IMG/VR virus record: IMGVR_UViG_2840619991_000006 | Location: 52,160 to 116,159 of that record | Reading direction: 5' to 3' (one strand) | DNA: 64,000 bases | Source of the DNA: a virus | Taxonomy: Duplodnaviria; Caudoviricetes | Shown: piece after piece, positions 28,638-41,316 of the stretch | Layout: each line of letters begins with the position of its first letter | Position numbering within the stretch: position 1 is the stretch's first letter | Translations under genes and position numbers: made by a program | The notes under the pieces: model-generated | What the model saw: only the letters and a program-made list of their open reading frames with translations | What the model was told of the DNA's origin: nothing | The model's database searches: none

Positions 28638-31600
28638 CAGCCTTGCCTTCCGTTGACCTTCCGGGCGGTGTCTTCGGTGGCGTCAGCCACGCGGACGAGC
28701 AGCCTCGCCATCTCCTGCGCGATGGCGGCCCGCTGCTCCTGGTCCATGCCCTCGTTGCGCTCCAGCCGGCGCTCCAACCGCTCGATGGCCTGCCGAAGCA
28801 GGCGAAGCTCGACGACGGCACGGTCGTCGCCACCCGACCGGCCCGGCGCCGGGGCGTAGTCCTGCCGGCGGATCGGCGCGATGTTCGACGCCCAGCGGTC
28901 GTTGGCCGGCGGCTCCACGCCGGTCGGGTAGACGTAGCCCGCCGCCCCGAAGGTCACCTTCTCCGGCCCGAACTCGCCCACGATGTAGCTGCGCCCGGCC
29001 TCGACAGGACCGCCCGCCGCACGGACCCCGACACCGCCAAGCCGCTCCGCGGTCGTGGCCGTGTTCCAGACCACCTTTTGACCATCGGCGTTGCCGGCAT
29101 AAATCAGCAGGCCGATCGCGTTGAGCTGGGCCAAGTTGTTGTTGATGCCCGCATTGATGCTGGTGAGGATGCCGGACAGCTTGTCGTCGATGCTGCGGCT
29201 GATCTGCACCGTCTCGGTGGTCTCCACCGTCTGCGTCACCGTCCGCGTGATCGTGCCTCCGGGCACCAAAACGGCCCCGGTTGCCGGGTCGATCTGCTGA
29301 CCAATCACGCGCTGCACCGATCCGGGCAGGATGATCGCGGCTTGCTCAGCGGGGTCAGGCTGCGACCGAGCGACTGTTCGACGCTGCGGATCACGCTGCC
29401 ACCGACAATGATGCCGTCCAGCTCCGCGGCAGTGAGGTCGCGCCCCATTGCCTGTTCGATGATGCGCAGGATCTCGCCACCCGGAACCATCGCGGCGCGC
29501 TCCGCGGCGGTCAGATCACGCCCCATCTCCTGCTCAATCGACCGCTCCACCACCCCGGCGGTGACGAGGCTGACAAGCTCAGCATCGGTCAGGAAGCGGC
29601 CCATGCGCTCCTCGACCGTCCGCAGCACCGTCGCGGTTTGCGTCAGCTTGGCCTTGTCGGCATCGGACAGCGCCGAAAGCTGCTCGGTGATGACCCGAAC
29701 CGTGGTGAGTTCGACCTGGACGTTGACGGAGCCGCCGAGCTTCCGAAGCTCCTCCAACATCTGCTGGTCATAGCTCTTGGTGGCCGGCAGGTTTTCCAGG
29801 CTGGACATCACCCACGCCCGCATCGCCTGCGTCTCGGCGCCCGAGGCCGTCAAAGCCTCCTGCGACGACAGCAGCCGGTCAGCGGCACCTGTCAGGCGAC
29901 CATAGGCGTCCACGTCGCCGCCGCGGGCGAGCGCCAGGTCACGGGCGAATTGCGCCTGCGCCGCGTCCCGCGCATCCTGAGGGGAAACGCTGGTGCCGGC
30001 GGTGGCGTTCTTCTGGTCCAGCCAGGAGCGCACGCTGCCGCCCGCGGCGACCTGCGCCTTTCTCTGTTCGGCAAGCGCGGCTTCGGCGGCGGACTGCTTC
30101 TCTATGGCCTGGACTTCAAGCAGGCGCGCCCGCACCGTCGCGTCCGTTACCGCTGCCAACTCCTTGCTGTGTTTCAGATCGAGCTGATACCGGTCGTATT
30201 CCTCCTGTGAAAGCTGCCCCAGCGAAACTTGAGCGGCCTTGTACCGCTGATCGAGGTCGCCCATCGCAGCGGCCATCGCGATGTCGCGGAAGTAATTCGC
30301 CCAACTGACCATCACATCATCGACGCCGCGGAAGGTGGCCATCACATCGTTCAACTGGTCGACACTGAGCCCGCTAAGCGTCTGGCTGACACGGGCGGCG
30401 TAGAGGTCGTTGGGATTCCGGCCAGCCGCCAGCATGTCCGTGGCGTTCTTGTTCCACCATTCCCGGACCCCGGCGAGTTCGTCGATGTAGCTGCGGCCCT
30501 GCGCCGACCGCAGGTTGGTGTCGAAGACCTTGGCCGTCTCCTCGTTCAGCCGCTTCAGCGCATTCTTCAGGCCCTCGCCGAGCTTCTGGGTCAGCAGGTC
30601 GCCCTGGTAGCCCACCGCCTCCATGGCCCGCACGAGGTCGGTGGAGGCGGTGGACCAGTAGCCGGTGAGCTGCGCCACCTGCTTCTGGTAATCGGTGCTG
30701 GTGTCCGTGACCCCGGCGATTTCCGCGTCGATACGGGCCTTGGCGGCGACCAGGGCCAGCATCCGCTTTTCAGCGGCTTCCAGGGCCGCCGGCACCTGCA
30801 TGCCAGCGGAGGACATCGCCGCCATCGACTTCACCATGTCGTCGGCGAGGGCCTGGAAGTCCTTCCCGACCGCCGAGAAGGTGCCATCGGCAAGGCTCTG
30901 GACGACGCCCATCACCTCGCCGTACCGCTCGACGCTCAGTCCGTGCTCGCCGAGCGCCGAATTGAACAGGCGCTCGGTCGCCTCGCGCTTCTCGGTGGCC
31001 GGGGTGATGCCGAGCGAGCGAGCGTAGGCGTTGGACTTCTCCAGCGCCTGCCGCAGCACGTCGGGAATCGCCACGCCCGCAGCGGCAAGGGACTGCACGG
31101 CGGCGTCCAGGTCCTCCGTCAGTGCCCCAACCTTGGCGGCACCCCAACCACGCACGGCGTTCAGGTAGGCGTCAGAGTGCCTACCGGCGATCTGTTCGAC
31201 GGTGTACCCGGTGGTCCCAGCTTCAAGCCCGCCCACCATGCGGTCGCCGACCACGCCGTTCGGGTCGGCCTTGATGGCGTCGAGCAGCTTGGTCAGCACA
31301 GCATCGGCCGCCGCGAAATCACCACCGGTCGGCGACATGCCAGGGTTCCCCGGCCCAGCCACCGCCGGGGCATCACCAGGACCGAACACCGAGGCGATTC
31401 CTTTTCCCATGGCCTCGGCAAAACCACGGATGCCGCCGATGGCGGCGGTCCCGGTGATGCCGACCATGCCGCCGAGAATGCCAGCCTCCTTCGCATCCAG
31501 CCCAAGGGCGGTGGCGACTGTGCGGCCCAGGTCGCTGATGGCTGACGAGATCGTGCTGACGAAGCCACCAATGCCGCCGCTGTTCTCGGACGCCGTGAAG

Positions 31601-34600
31601 CCGCCGTCGCGGTCGGTGTGTCCGCCGTAGCCGTCCGAGTTGCCGCCCATGCCGCCGACGCCACCGGACCCGGTGTCCGACGATCCGCCGGTCTCCCCTT
31701 CGAGGAACATGGGGAGGCCGGTCACCGGGTTGATGCGCCCGCCGCCCAGCGTCTTGTGCATCCACGCCAGTTCGTCCGGCCGGACGTGGACCAGCTCCGT
31801 GTCGCGACCCTGTCCCAGCCCGGCCAGCATCTGCGCCGATTCACGCGCGGTCCAGATCCGCTCGCCGCCGGCCAGCTTGACCAGCTCCGGCCCTTCCTCG
31901 CCGACCACGGCCCACCCGGACTTGGCCGAGGGCGTGCCGGAGGCGTAGCCGGGCAGCCCGGCCAGCAGCTTGTCGAGAGCGGCGTTGCCGGTCTTGCTGC
32001 CGGCCTTGGCGGTCAGTGCCGCCACGTCGTAGGTCGCCGCAGCCCCGTCGAGGAACTGGAGCACCGTCTTCCCGAAGGCGTTCGCCGCTGCGGTCCCCTG
32101 CTGGGTGGCGGCGACGATGGACGACATGCCGCTGTTCCAAAGCGCCACGGTGTCGCGGAACTTCGCCGCAAAGTCGATGGCCTTGACCGCGGCGTCGATG
32201 TCGTCACCGACCGCGTTCGCCAGGACCCACGCAATGTCGCCGTTATCCGATTTCAGGGTGCGCAGGGCCTGGAGCATGGCCTGCTCCGGGCTGGCGTTCC
32301 GCTCGCCGACCACGATGGTGGAGAGGTCTCCGGCGACAAGGCCGTAGGTGTCCATCAGGCTGTTGAGCTTGGTCGCGATCTGCTCGACGGCGCTGTTCCA
32401 TTTCGTGGGGTCGCCGTCGTTGTCGGCTGCAAAATGGCCGCGGGTAAATCGCCCACCCTGGACCGACAGGTTGGTGACGCTGTAAGGGTCCCCACGACTG
32501 TTGCCGCTGCTGAACGCCGAGATGAGGGTGCCGCCGAGGGCAACCAGCCCACCGACGACTTGCAGCCCCGGAATCATCATCATGACGCCGCCGGCAGTCT
32601 GCGCCGCGCCGCCGATGGTCTGGCCGGCGTTTTGCGCCTTGCTCATCTGCATCACACCGCCGGCCGCTGTCGCTGCGCCACCGATGGCGTTGCCCCAGCT
32701 GACGCCTTGCATTCCAGCCCCGCCGCCAACGGCGGTGCCGGAACTGTCAAAGGCACCGGTCGTGTCGAACCCAGCAGTGCCGTCGTCGATACCCTTGAAG
32801 CTATTTTGCGTGCTCCCGGCACCTCCATAAGCCGTGCTGTTCAGCCAGGACTTGACGCCGCTCAAGCTGGTGTTGGCGAAGCTGCCGCCGGACAGCCCGT
32901 TCCACACGCTGCCCAGCGCCGAAGATATACCCTGCGGCCCGCCCGCAGAGATGACGCTGCCTCCGACCGACACGGTTCCGGCTCCGGTGATCCCGCCCAA
33001 CAGGGACATGATTCCGCCGAGGGCCGCCTGCGTGCCGCCGACCATGCCCGCCGCCGCGGTCTGCTGGGCCTCCGCAAGCCGCTGGGTCGCCCTCACCGCT
33101 TGGTCGCGCGACTTGGCCTCCGCCTCCAGAGTTTCCTGGTGGTGGCCCATCCCAGCCGACAAGGCGTCCTGCTTGTCGGTGGCCTCAACCGTGGCCCTCT
33201 GGGTGCCAAGCGCGGCGTCGATCAGCTTCCGCTGCTCGCCAGTGAACACCGACGCAGCCGAAGCGGCCTGGGTCTGGGCACCCGCGAGGGCCGCCGTCGA
33301 TGTGGCGGCTTGATCGTACGCCGCCTTGTTGGCCAGCACAGCCTTGACGTAAGCTGACCCATCGGCTTTGACATGCCCGCTGTACGCGGACAAGGCAGCG
33401 GCGAGGTCCCCGCCGGCTTGGTCCAGCTTCTCGCGGAGGATCTTGGTCCCGGCCTCAATGTTCTGCGCCGGATCATATGGATTGGTGATGCCATAGGCTC
33501 GCCAGTTGGCGGGCATGACCTGCATCAGACCCGCAGCGCCGGACCCGTTCAATGCGTTCGGGTTCCAGGTCGATTCCTTCTGGATCACCGCCTTGATGAG
33601 GTTGGCATCCACCCCGTAATTGCTGCTCGCCGCCTGGATGACGCTCTCCAGGTCCCCGGCGTCCTTTACCGCCACGGGCACCGGCCCGGAAGTAGCCTGC
33701 GTCGCCATGCTGTTGAGGTCTAGGGCGGCGCCTCCAGCGGATGCGAAGCGAACCCACATCGGGTTGCCCTGCGATCCGATGGCTCCGGTCCTGCCGCTGG
33801 TCAGCCCTTCGAACAACGAACGATAGCCGCCGGGGTCGTTGTCGTTGACGGGCTGCACGAGGTTGTCGTTGGCCGGAGCCGGGGCCAGCACCTTGGTCAT
33901 GGTACCGGTCAGCCAGTTCTCCAGCGGCTTGGTTACCGTCGCGCGCAGGAAGATGCGCTCGATGTCGGACTGAAGCCCCTTCAGAATGTCGCTCAGCTTG
34001 CCGCCTGCGAGCACGGCGTCCTCGAAGCCCTTGCCGATCACATTGGCGAAGTCGCGGGACGCCTCCGTGGCATCAGCGACACGGGACCGGTACTCGGCAA
34101 CGGCGCCAGCCTGGGCAATCCAGGCGTCACGGGTTTCCCGCGGCACCTGCGCCCAATCCCCGGAGGACTGCACTTCCAGTTGGGCGCGCATGATGGCGAC
34201 GGAGCGCTCCCGCTCCGCGTTGCTCATGCCGAGCATGTCGTACTCGGCGCGGGCGAGCGCGAGATCCTGATTGCCCTGGCGTATGGAAGAATTCACACGC
34301 GCGGCTGCATTCTGCGCTTCGAGCGCGCGGGTGCCGGCTTCAATGGCCTGGGCGCGGGCGGAATCGAGGTCAACACCCTCTTTCAGGATCTGCGCACGGA
34401 CCTTGTTCTGGATGTTGGCCTCTGCGACGGCCGCACCGGATTCCGCTTCTGCCTGGGCCAGACGCCGGGCGGCGTCGGTCTGGTTGCGCAGATCGAAATC
34501 GGCCTGGGCGGCGTTAACCCGCCGTTGAGCGTCATCAAGAACCCGAAGACGCGCAACGATGGCGTCGTACTGCTCGATGGTGCCACGCGCCACCTCGGCC

Positions 34601-37600
34601 AGGGCCTTCTGGTGGATGGTCGCCTCGCGGACCGCGGCGGACGATGCGCCGTAGGCACGGGCCACCAGTTCCGCCCCAGCAACCTCCGCCGCAGCCGTGC
34701 GGTTGGTATCGTCCACGGCGACCTTGAGTTGGAGTAGGGCTTCCTTTCGGCGGATGTCCTGGAGTTCTTCGGCTTGCTTACCTTTCAGATTCCTGTCCCG
34801 GATCTCGTCCTCGGCCCTCATCGCAGCAGCGGCAAGCTGACGCTGAACAGCGTTGCCCTGCATGGACTGAGACAGGCGGTCATAGGCATGTGCCTGTTCA
34901 TTCACATAGTCGACAGCCTTTTGGCTCACCGTGTCAGCAGGTAGGTCGTTTGCAGCGCGGTGAGCAGGGACTCCTGGTTTCGCCGCAGCGGATACGGTTT
35001 GGAGGATGCTTTTCCGTGCAGATGACAGCCGCCCCTCGACGTCTTTGATCTGCCGATCAAGATCAGAGCCGTCCGTGGCGCCAAAGAGATCCCAAATCGA
35101 GAAAATCCCGATGTAGGCTTTACCGCTCGCCTTTGCAGCGTCCCGAGCATCTCGGCGGCGGTACAGCTCATCCAGATCCCTTTGGAGGCTCGCAACTTGC
35201 TGATGCGGCGTGGAACTCACAGCATTTGCCATGCGCACGACGGCACCAGACAGGCCGGAAATCGCATCCATTACCGGCTTTGAGTTTGCCACCGCATCAA
35301 TGAAGGCGTTCCACCCGACGCCGAGTTGATGCATCGCAGCGCCGGCTGGTGACATGCTGTCGTTACGCAGACCGTCGAATCGGCGATGCAGTGCACCGAT
35401 GGCGACCATCAGGGCATCCGACTGCTGGCCATGCTCCGCCATGGTGCGGATGGACTTCACCTCTTCGGCAGTCAGGAACCCGATCGCCTCCTGAAGCTTC
35501 ATGATTGCCGGATAGCCTTCGCTGGTGAGCGCGGTGAGTTGCTTCACCGTCTCGTCCACCGATTGGTTGAGGCCCACGGCCATGTCGGAACCTAGCAGAG
35601 CCAGTTCCCGGCCCATGCCCGCAGATACCCCCCGCGTGGACCCGAGCACCTTCGCCACAGCATAGGACTCCGACCGCCCGACTCCGCTCTCATACAGCGC
35701 ATTGGCGACATCACGGAGGTTCCCGGCCGTGGCTTGCGCCTCGGTGCCATAGGCCCGCATGGTGGCCGTCAGCTCACGGGTTTGCGTATTGATTTCGACG
35801 GCGCGCGCGGCGACCAACGCCATAACACCAACGAATGCGGTGGAACCCATCACAGCAAGCGTGATCGGTGAAGCTAGCAGCGCCATGGCCCGATTAAGCC
35901 CGCCGACCGCCATCACCGCCTGTGGCCCCTGCTGGGCAATCGCCATGAACGGCGATTGGCCGGAAACCAGTTGCACGCCGAGATCCTGGATCTGGTAGGA
36001 CAGGTTGGTCACCTCGTGCGCGGCCAGCTTCGTGGAGCGCGCGGCGGTGTCGGTGGCGCCGGATTGCTCGCGCAGAGTCTGGGACAGCGCGGCGTGCCGC
36101 TCGGGGCTGATGCGCTGCTCTGTCAGGGCCTTGTCGAGCAACGCTTGATCGGCGGCGGCTTGGCGCGCTGTCGCTCCAACCTTGTCGAGGCGATCCTCAA
36201 GCGTCTGCAGCGCCACGGCTTGCCGTTGCGCCGCGAGCGCGGGCGGAGACAGGGTGGCGGCAAGAGCCGCTTCGTCGGCGGCCAGTTCCTCAGCCGATCG
36301 GCCAGTTGCCGCTGCACCAGCGCGCAGTGTGGCCAGTGCTGAATCGTATCGTTGCTGGGCCGCTACCGCGGGGTCGATGCTGGCCATCACCGATTTGTAG
36401 GAGGCGGTGAGCCGGTCGTTCTCCACAGCCGCCCGTTCGGCAGCCTGCGCCTGCTGCCGTGCCGCTTCTTCCTCTCCGGAGATCCGGCGGCGGAGACGCT
36501 GATACTCGGCGTCGTCGTCGATGATGTTCTTCTGGCGGAGAAGGCTCAGTTTTTCGAGAGCTTCGTCTCGCCGGTCGAGCGCAAGGGTTTCCCAGTCATA
36601 GGATGCCAGCAGCTTCTGACGAACGGCGAGAAGGCGCTCAATCTCCTCCGGATCTTCAGACGGAGGGCTGGGCGGCGGCGGTGATGGCGGTGCCGAGATG
36701 TAGGAGGAGGCGAGGCCCGCATTGGAAACTGGGGCGTATCCATTCGGTATCTGGAGCGCCATCTGCTCCTTAAGAGACGTGGTGGTGGCATCGATTGCGG
36801 CGGTTTTCTTTTTCTCCCGCTCGACGACCTGACCAGCCAAATCGTTAAGGCGCTTCTCGCACGCCTCCGTGGCCACCAGCATCGCGTTGTGCTGCTGCTC
36901 GGTTGCCAGCAGCCGATTCAGCGAGCCATCAAGTTCGGTGGTGGTGCGCTTCAGTTGCTCATCGGCCCGCACGAGGTCCGCCGCGACCCGGTTCTCCTGC
37001 TTTTTGATGGTGATGAGCTGGTTCGAACGAGCCTCCATGTCGGCGATGATGCCGACGCTCGCGCTCTTCGCGGCGGCGACGCTGTCCGTTGCGGCCTTCT
37101 TGGCAATCTCAAGGGCCTTCTCGGCGGCGTCGCGTTCTTGCGCGGCAATCTCGGTTTTCGCGCCCTTGTGCAGCTCTTTGATCCGCTCCCACTCCGCCTG
37201 GGCGCCGGCGATGCGCTTCTGCGCTTCCTCCTTGACCAGCGCGAGCTGTTGGTCGAGGTGCGCCCGTGCGTACGCGAGCATTTCCTTCTGGGCTGCGCGG
37301 GCAGCCGTCACCGCTCCCTTTCCACCGGCATCCATGATACGCGCCATGTCGGTGGAGAGGCGGTTGATGTCGGCAACGATGTCGCCTGCAAACTTCGTCT
37401 TTCCGATCTGCTGGAGCCCGGCAACGACATCCTTCGCGGCGCTCCGCACGATGTCGAAGCGGAAGTTCAGCTCTTCGACCGCACGGGACTGCGCCCTGAA
37501 GGCATCGTCCGCAGCCTTCACCTGTGCTTCCATCACTCTCATCTGGCGCTGGAAGATCTCCGCCGCCGAAGCGCCTTTCCCGAGAGTCGCGCTGTAGCGG

Positions 37601-37722
37601 TCCATGGCCGACATGCTGCTGTTGGCGGACCGGTCGATGTCCTCCAGCGAGCGGCGGACGACGCGGGCACCTTGTTCAACACCGGACGGATCAACAGCAA
37701 CGGAGAGGACTGCATCGACCAT
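28637..37722 (-). CDS. Tail tape measure protein with lytic transglycosylase (SLT) domain (frameshift near 29352)
   Basis: NLSYQIQDLGVQLVSGQSPFMAIAQQGPQ TMP motif; IQKESTWNP..AAGLMQVMP SLT motif; one extra C at 29351-29354 continues the RDLTxAE repeats into ORF 28637..29317. Confidence 0.9.
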
Positions 37723-37927
37723 GACGGAACTCCAATGCGGGAATGACCGCCTCTGATCTGGGCGGACTCATGATGGGAATAGGAGTGAGTACAGATGCAC
37801 TCGGCATCGTCCCGCGCGAATTGCTTGAACTCGCGCTAGCCGTCGATACCTAAGAGTTAGCACGCGATGTCATCGATGTTCGGGGCATCCATTCGAAGCG
37901 CCGAGCGTGTAGGCGGAGAGTAAGAAA

Positions 37928-38155
37928 ATGATGAATGTTAACGTTGGCCCAGCTGAGCCAGTAACGCCGGATACCCTGAAGGCGAAGCGTACCGCTCTTG
38001 GATGGTCGCCTGATGACTTGGCGAAGGCTGCCGGCATTCCGGAAAAGGCTGTTCGCGACTTCGAAGCTGGTGTTTCGGTGAAACTTGATGTGATTGCGAA
38101 GGCATCCAGTGCCCTGCACCGCGAAGAACTGGCGCGGGCTAAACCTAAGCCGTAA
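37928..38155 (+). CDS. XRE-family helix-turn-helix protein
   Basis: LKAKRTALGWSPDDLAKAAGI...VRDFEAG. Confidence 0.75.
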   Translation: MMNVNVGPAEPVTPDTLKAKRTALGWSPDDLAKAAGIPEKAVRDFEAGVSVKLDVIAKASSALHREELARAKPKP

Positions 38156-38188
38156 GCACGAACAAGGGAAAACGAGCGGAGCGTTGCA

Positions 38189-38533
38189 TTACGTCGCTCC
38201 GCTCGCCTGCTCTCCACCCTTCGGCTTCAGGAACTCCATGTCCATCGTGTGGATGAGGTCCCAGAAGTCGTCCAGATCATCGGGATCATCGATCCCGCAC
38301 TGTTCCCGCCCGTACTGCGCGACGGCCGTCCACGGGATCTGTCCCGGTGCCATGCCGACGCCCCGGCAGGTGGTGAGCCGCCAGAAGGCGGCCCACACCC
38401 AATCGAGGGATTGATCGTTCTCCGGCTCCCCGTCCAAGGCGTGCGGGTCGAGGCCGGAGGCGACCAGCCCCTCAAGGAAGTCCCGTTTGGGCTCCCAATC
38501 GAGGGTCCACCTCAGGCGGTCACGGAGTTTCCC
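38189..38533 (-). CDS. Tail assembly chaperone GT extension (-1 frame)
   Basis: Open -1 frame after the slippery site, with WAAFWRL..R..GM.PGQIPW motif; just upstream of the tape measure. Confidence 0.75.
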   Translation of the reverse strand, partial: GKLRDRLRWTLDWEPKRDFLEGLVASGLDPHALDGEPENDQSLDWVWAAFWRLTTCRGVGMAPGQIPWTAVAQYGREQCGIDDPDDLDDFWDLIHTMDMEFLKPKGGEQASGAT

Positions 38534-39000
38534 GACTGGTCCTCCACGACCTTCTTGCGGAAGTTGCCCATTTCGGCCGCTTCCTTGTAGAAGTCGTTGA
38601 AGCTGTCCGGCTGGAGCGTGAACAGGGCGACGGCGTTCTCGACGCTGAACGGCGCCTCGGCGTTGGGGTCGGTGCCTTCGGGAACGGTCTCGTAGATATC
38701 GGCCATGACGACACCATCCCACTTCGGGAGCAGCAGCTTTTCCGCGGCGGCCTGGATCAGCAGCTTCTGGAAGAGGTCCTGCTGCTGCTGGGCCAGCGCC
38801 TCGTCGTTCGCGCCGACCTTGGCGTTCAGGAGGCGCTCATGCGGCTTGCGGAGGACCGTCATGCGGGCCTGGAAAGCGGTGTTGGAGCCGCCGGCGCGCT
38901 TGGACCAGAAGATCCAGTTGCCGATCTCGATGCGGATGCCGGTGGCGGACTCCAGGTCACGGTCGGTGCGGTAGAATTCACGGTTGGTCAGAACGGTCAT
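38512..39000 (-). CDS. Tail assembly chaperone G
   Basis: KRAGGSN motif; in-phase G GGA AAC near the 3' end. Confidence 0.8.
   Translation of the reverse strand: MTVLTNREFYRTDRDLESATGIRIEIGNWIFWSKRAGGSNTAFQARMTVLRKPHERLLNAKVGANDEALAQQQQDLFQKLLIQAAAEKLLLPKWDGVVMADIYETVPEGTDPNAEAPFSVENAVALFTLQPDSFNDFYKEAAEMGNFRKKVVEDQSGNSVTA
38527..38533 (-). other. Programmed -1 ribosomal frameshift slippery heptamer G GGA AAC
   Basis: X XXY YYZ in the correct phase (TCG GGA AAC) at the end of chaperone G. Confidence 0.8.
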
Positions 39001-39164
39001 GATCTCAGCTTTCCAATGTCGGTTGGATGGGATGGGGAAGGGCGGTGCCGACACACCGCCCCGTGACGCTCGCGATGGGCGAGCGCCGTCACCCCGCCGG
39101 CCAGGGGCAGGCAGGTTTCCCGGCTGTCGGGCCGGGGTCTCGGTGTTCTGTTCGTGTTGGCCGA

Positions 39165-39563
39165 TCAGCTCCGGCGGCGGGGCCGCCCGGTGCTGGTGGG
39201 GGCGGTGTCGTCGGAGACTTCCGTGGTCGGCTCCGGCTGCTCCGTCGGAGCCTCTGTGGTGATGACCTCGTCGGGCGCCGGTCCGGGAGGCACCTCCGGC
39301 TCCAGCTTGGTCCACATCTCCGGGTGGGAGATGGACAGCAGCTCGGCGTCGGCCTCGAAGGCATCGAGCTTCTGGAAACCGTCCGGAAGCCCGGCGACAA
39401 CGACGCTTTCCACGTCACCACCTTCGGTCCGCCGGAAGTCAGAACGATCCGGGTCGGTCCAGATGAGGCGGAAGCCGGTGTCCTCGACGCCGTTGATGGT
39501 GATGGTCCAGGTGTGGCCCTCGGCCCGCTTGATGTGCGCGATCTGCATCGTCACCACCCTCAC
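39165..39563 (-). CDS. Hypothetical phage protein
   Basis: GTGA-coupled to the tail tube gene. Confidence 0.55.
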   Translation of the reverse strand: MRVVTMQIAHIKRAEGHTWTITINGVEDTGFRLIWTDPDRSDFRRTEGGDVESVVVAGLPDGFQKLDAFEADAELLSISHPEMWTKLEPEVPPGPAPDEVITTEAPTEQPEPTTEVSDDTAPTSTGRPRRRS

Positions 39564-40761
39564 GCCGCCAGCCGGTCGATCTGGAAGGTCTTGCCGGTCA
39601 CCGGGTCCGGATTGCCCTCGATCTCGAACTTCGCGACGACCGGCTGGTTGCGGCCGCCGGCCACGATCTCTGGGTTGTTCAGGAAGTTGTTCAGGATGGT
39701 CAGGACATAAGCCTGGCCGGCGCCGTCCACCTGCCGGAAGGAGAGCGGCCCCGTCGCCTCGTTCCGGTACCGGTCGTAAAGATCGAAGGTCTTGAAGAAG
39801 ATTTCCGCGGTGCCGGTGGCAGAGAGGTCACCGCGGATCATTCCCTCGGCGCCGGTCCCCCCATGCCGTAGTAGGCGGCGGCGCCTTCCTTCTGGAAGTT
39901 CAGGTTGAGCTGCCGCACCGTCGCGGCGACAACAGCGCCGTCCAGCAGCAGCCCCTGGAAGCCGGCCACGTTGTCGATGACCTGCCCGGTGGGCGCCGGC
40001 ATGACGCCCCCCGTCGAGCTGTCGGCGATGGCCTTGACTTCCTGCCTGCTGAGGGCGTTGAAACTGCCCGAGGTGAACTGGCCCTGCTGCGCGTTGATGC
40101 TGCCACCGGTGAGGAAGGTTCCCGGATAGGTCAGGTAGCCGGCGCTGCCGAGCTTTTTCTGCATGAACAGCGTCTGGACGACGTTGCTGTTGCGGATCAT
40201 GGAGCCCTTGATGGTGACGGCGGCGGCGGCAGGCGTCTCATCCACCAGCGTCTTGCCGACGACGAGGAGGGTCTGGTTGTCGGGCTTCGACCAGACCTGG
40301 ACGTAGAACGAGGGGCCGTTCCCGGCGGGCCCCACCGGACCGCAGCCCTTCACCTTGATCCACTGCCGGGGCTGGACGTTCTGGAACTTGTTGGCGGTGG
40401 TGCTGGTGATCTTGTTGCCGCTGGCGACGAAGGAGATGTCGCCGCTCGCCCCGGCGATGTTGAGCTGGGTGCTCCACGACGAGTTCAGCAACGCCGACCA
40501 GAGGTCGTCGTGCGTGCCGAAGGACATCGCGAAGTTCAGCGAGCCGTCCGCCGATTCCTGCGTCGTCACCGCGGCGGAGACCTGCGCGAAATCGTTGATT
40601 TCCTCGGGCCGGCGGCGGTCCTTCTTGCCCTTGAAGCCTTCGCCGGTAAAGCGGACGGCCTGGAAGGTCGTCGTCGGGGCTTGGCCCCAGACGGTTTCGA
40701 GGCCGTAGGACAGCTCGACATTGCTGGTCTCGACGGCACCCTGGTAACCACTGGTTCCCAT
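39560..40761 (-). CDS. Major tail tube protein (frameshift at ~39860)
   Basis: LSYGLETVWG..P..FQAVRFTGE N-terminus; one extra G at 39857-39862 fuses both ORFs. Confidence 0.8.
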
Positions 40762-40857
40762 CGGTTCACCTCATTGTGGATGTGAAAAAGCGAAGGGCCG
40801 CCCGGATGAGCGGCCCTGGTTCGGGTTCTGCGAATTGCTGGTGCTGGTTGGTTGGCC

Positions 40858-41316
40858 TCAGTAGATGGTCTGGCGCAGGAAGGTGACGGTCACTGAACCC
40901 TGGTACCAACCGCGACCGTCCGGCCCGACGTCCGTGTAGACCATGCTGCGGAGGGCGAGCGGGCCGGGCTCCTGGAAGAAGGTTGCGAAGTCGGCAAGCA
41001 CCTCGTCGCCGTAGAGGGCTGCCTGCGGCGCGCCGTCGGCTTCCGGCACGAAGATGTCGACCAGAGCAAGGCCGGAGCTGCCGACGTTCACGACACCCAT
41101 CTCCAGCGGCTGGCCGCCGGCCGCCTTCCTGGAAAGGCGGATGTAGGGCTTCAGGGCGCCGGTCTCCTGGTCCTTGCAGACCGTGTCGATGTCCAGTTTC
41201 TCGCCCCAAGGCTTCGCGATGGAAATGTCAGTATGGCGTTGCGCCCAGCCGGTCTCCAGGATGCTGAACAGCGTCTCCAGTTCGGCGGCGCTGCCGTAGT
41301 TGGTTGTCATGGTCAT
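40858..41316 (-). CDS. Tail terminator-like protein
   Basis: Position before tail tube; GLALVDIFVP and GWYQGSV pattern. Confidence 0.65.
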   Translation of the reverse strand: MTMTTNYGSAAELETLFSILETGWAQRHTDISIAKPWGEKLDIDTVCKDQETGALKPYIRLSRKAAGGQPLEMGVVNVGSSGLALVDIFVPEADGAPQAALYGDEVLADFATFFQEPGPLALRSMVYTDVGPDGRGWYQGSVTVTFLRQTIY

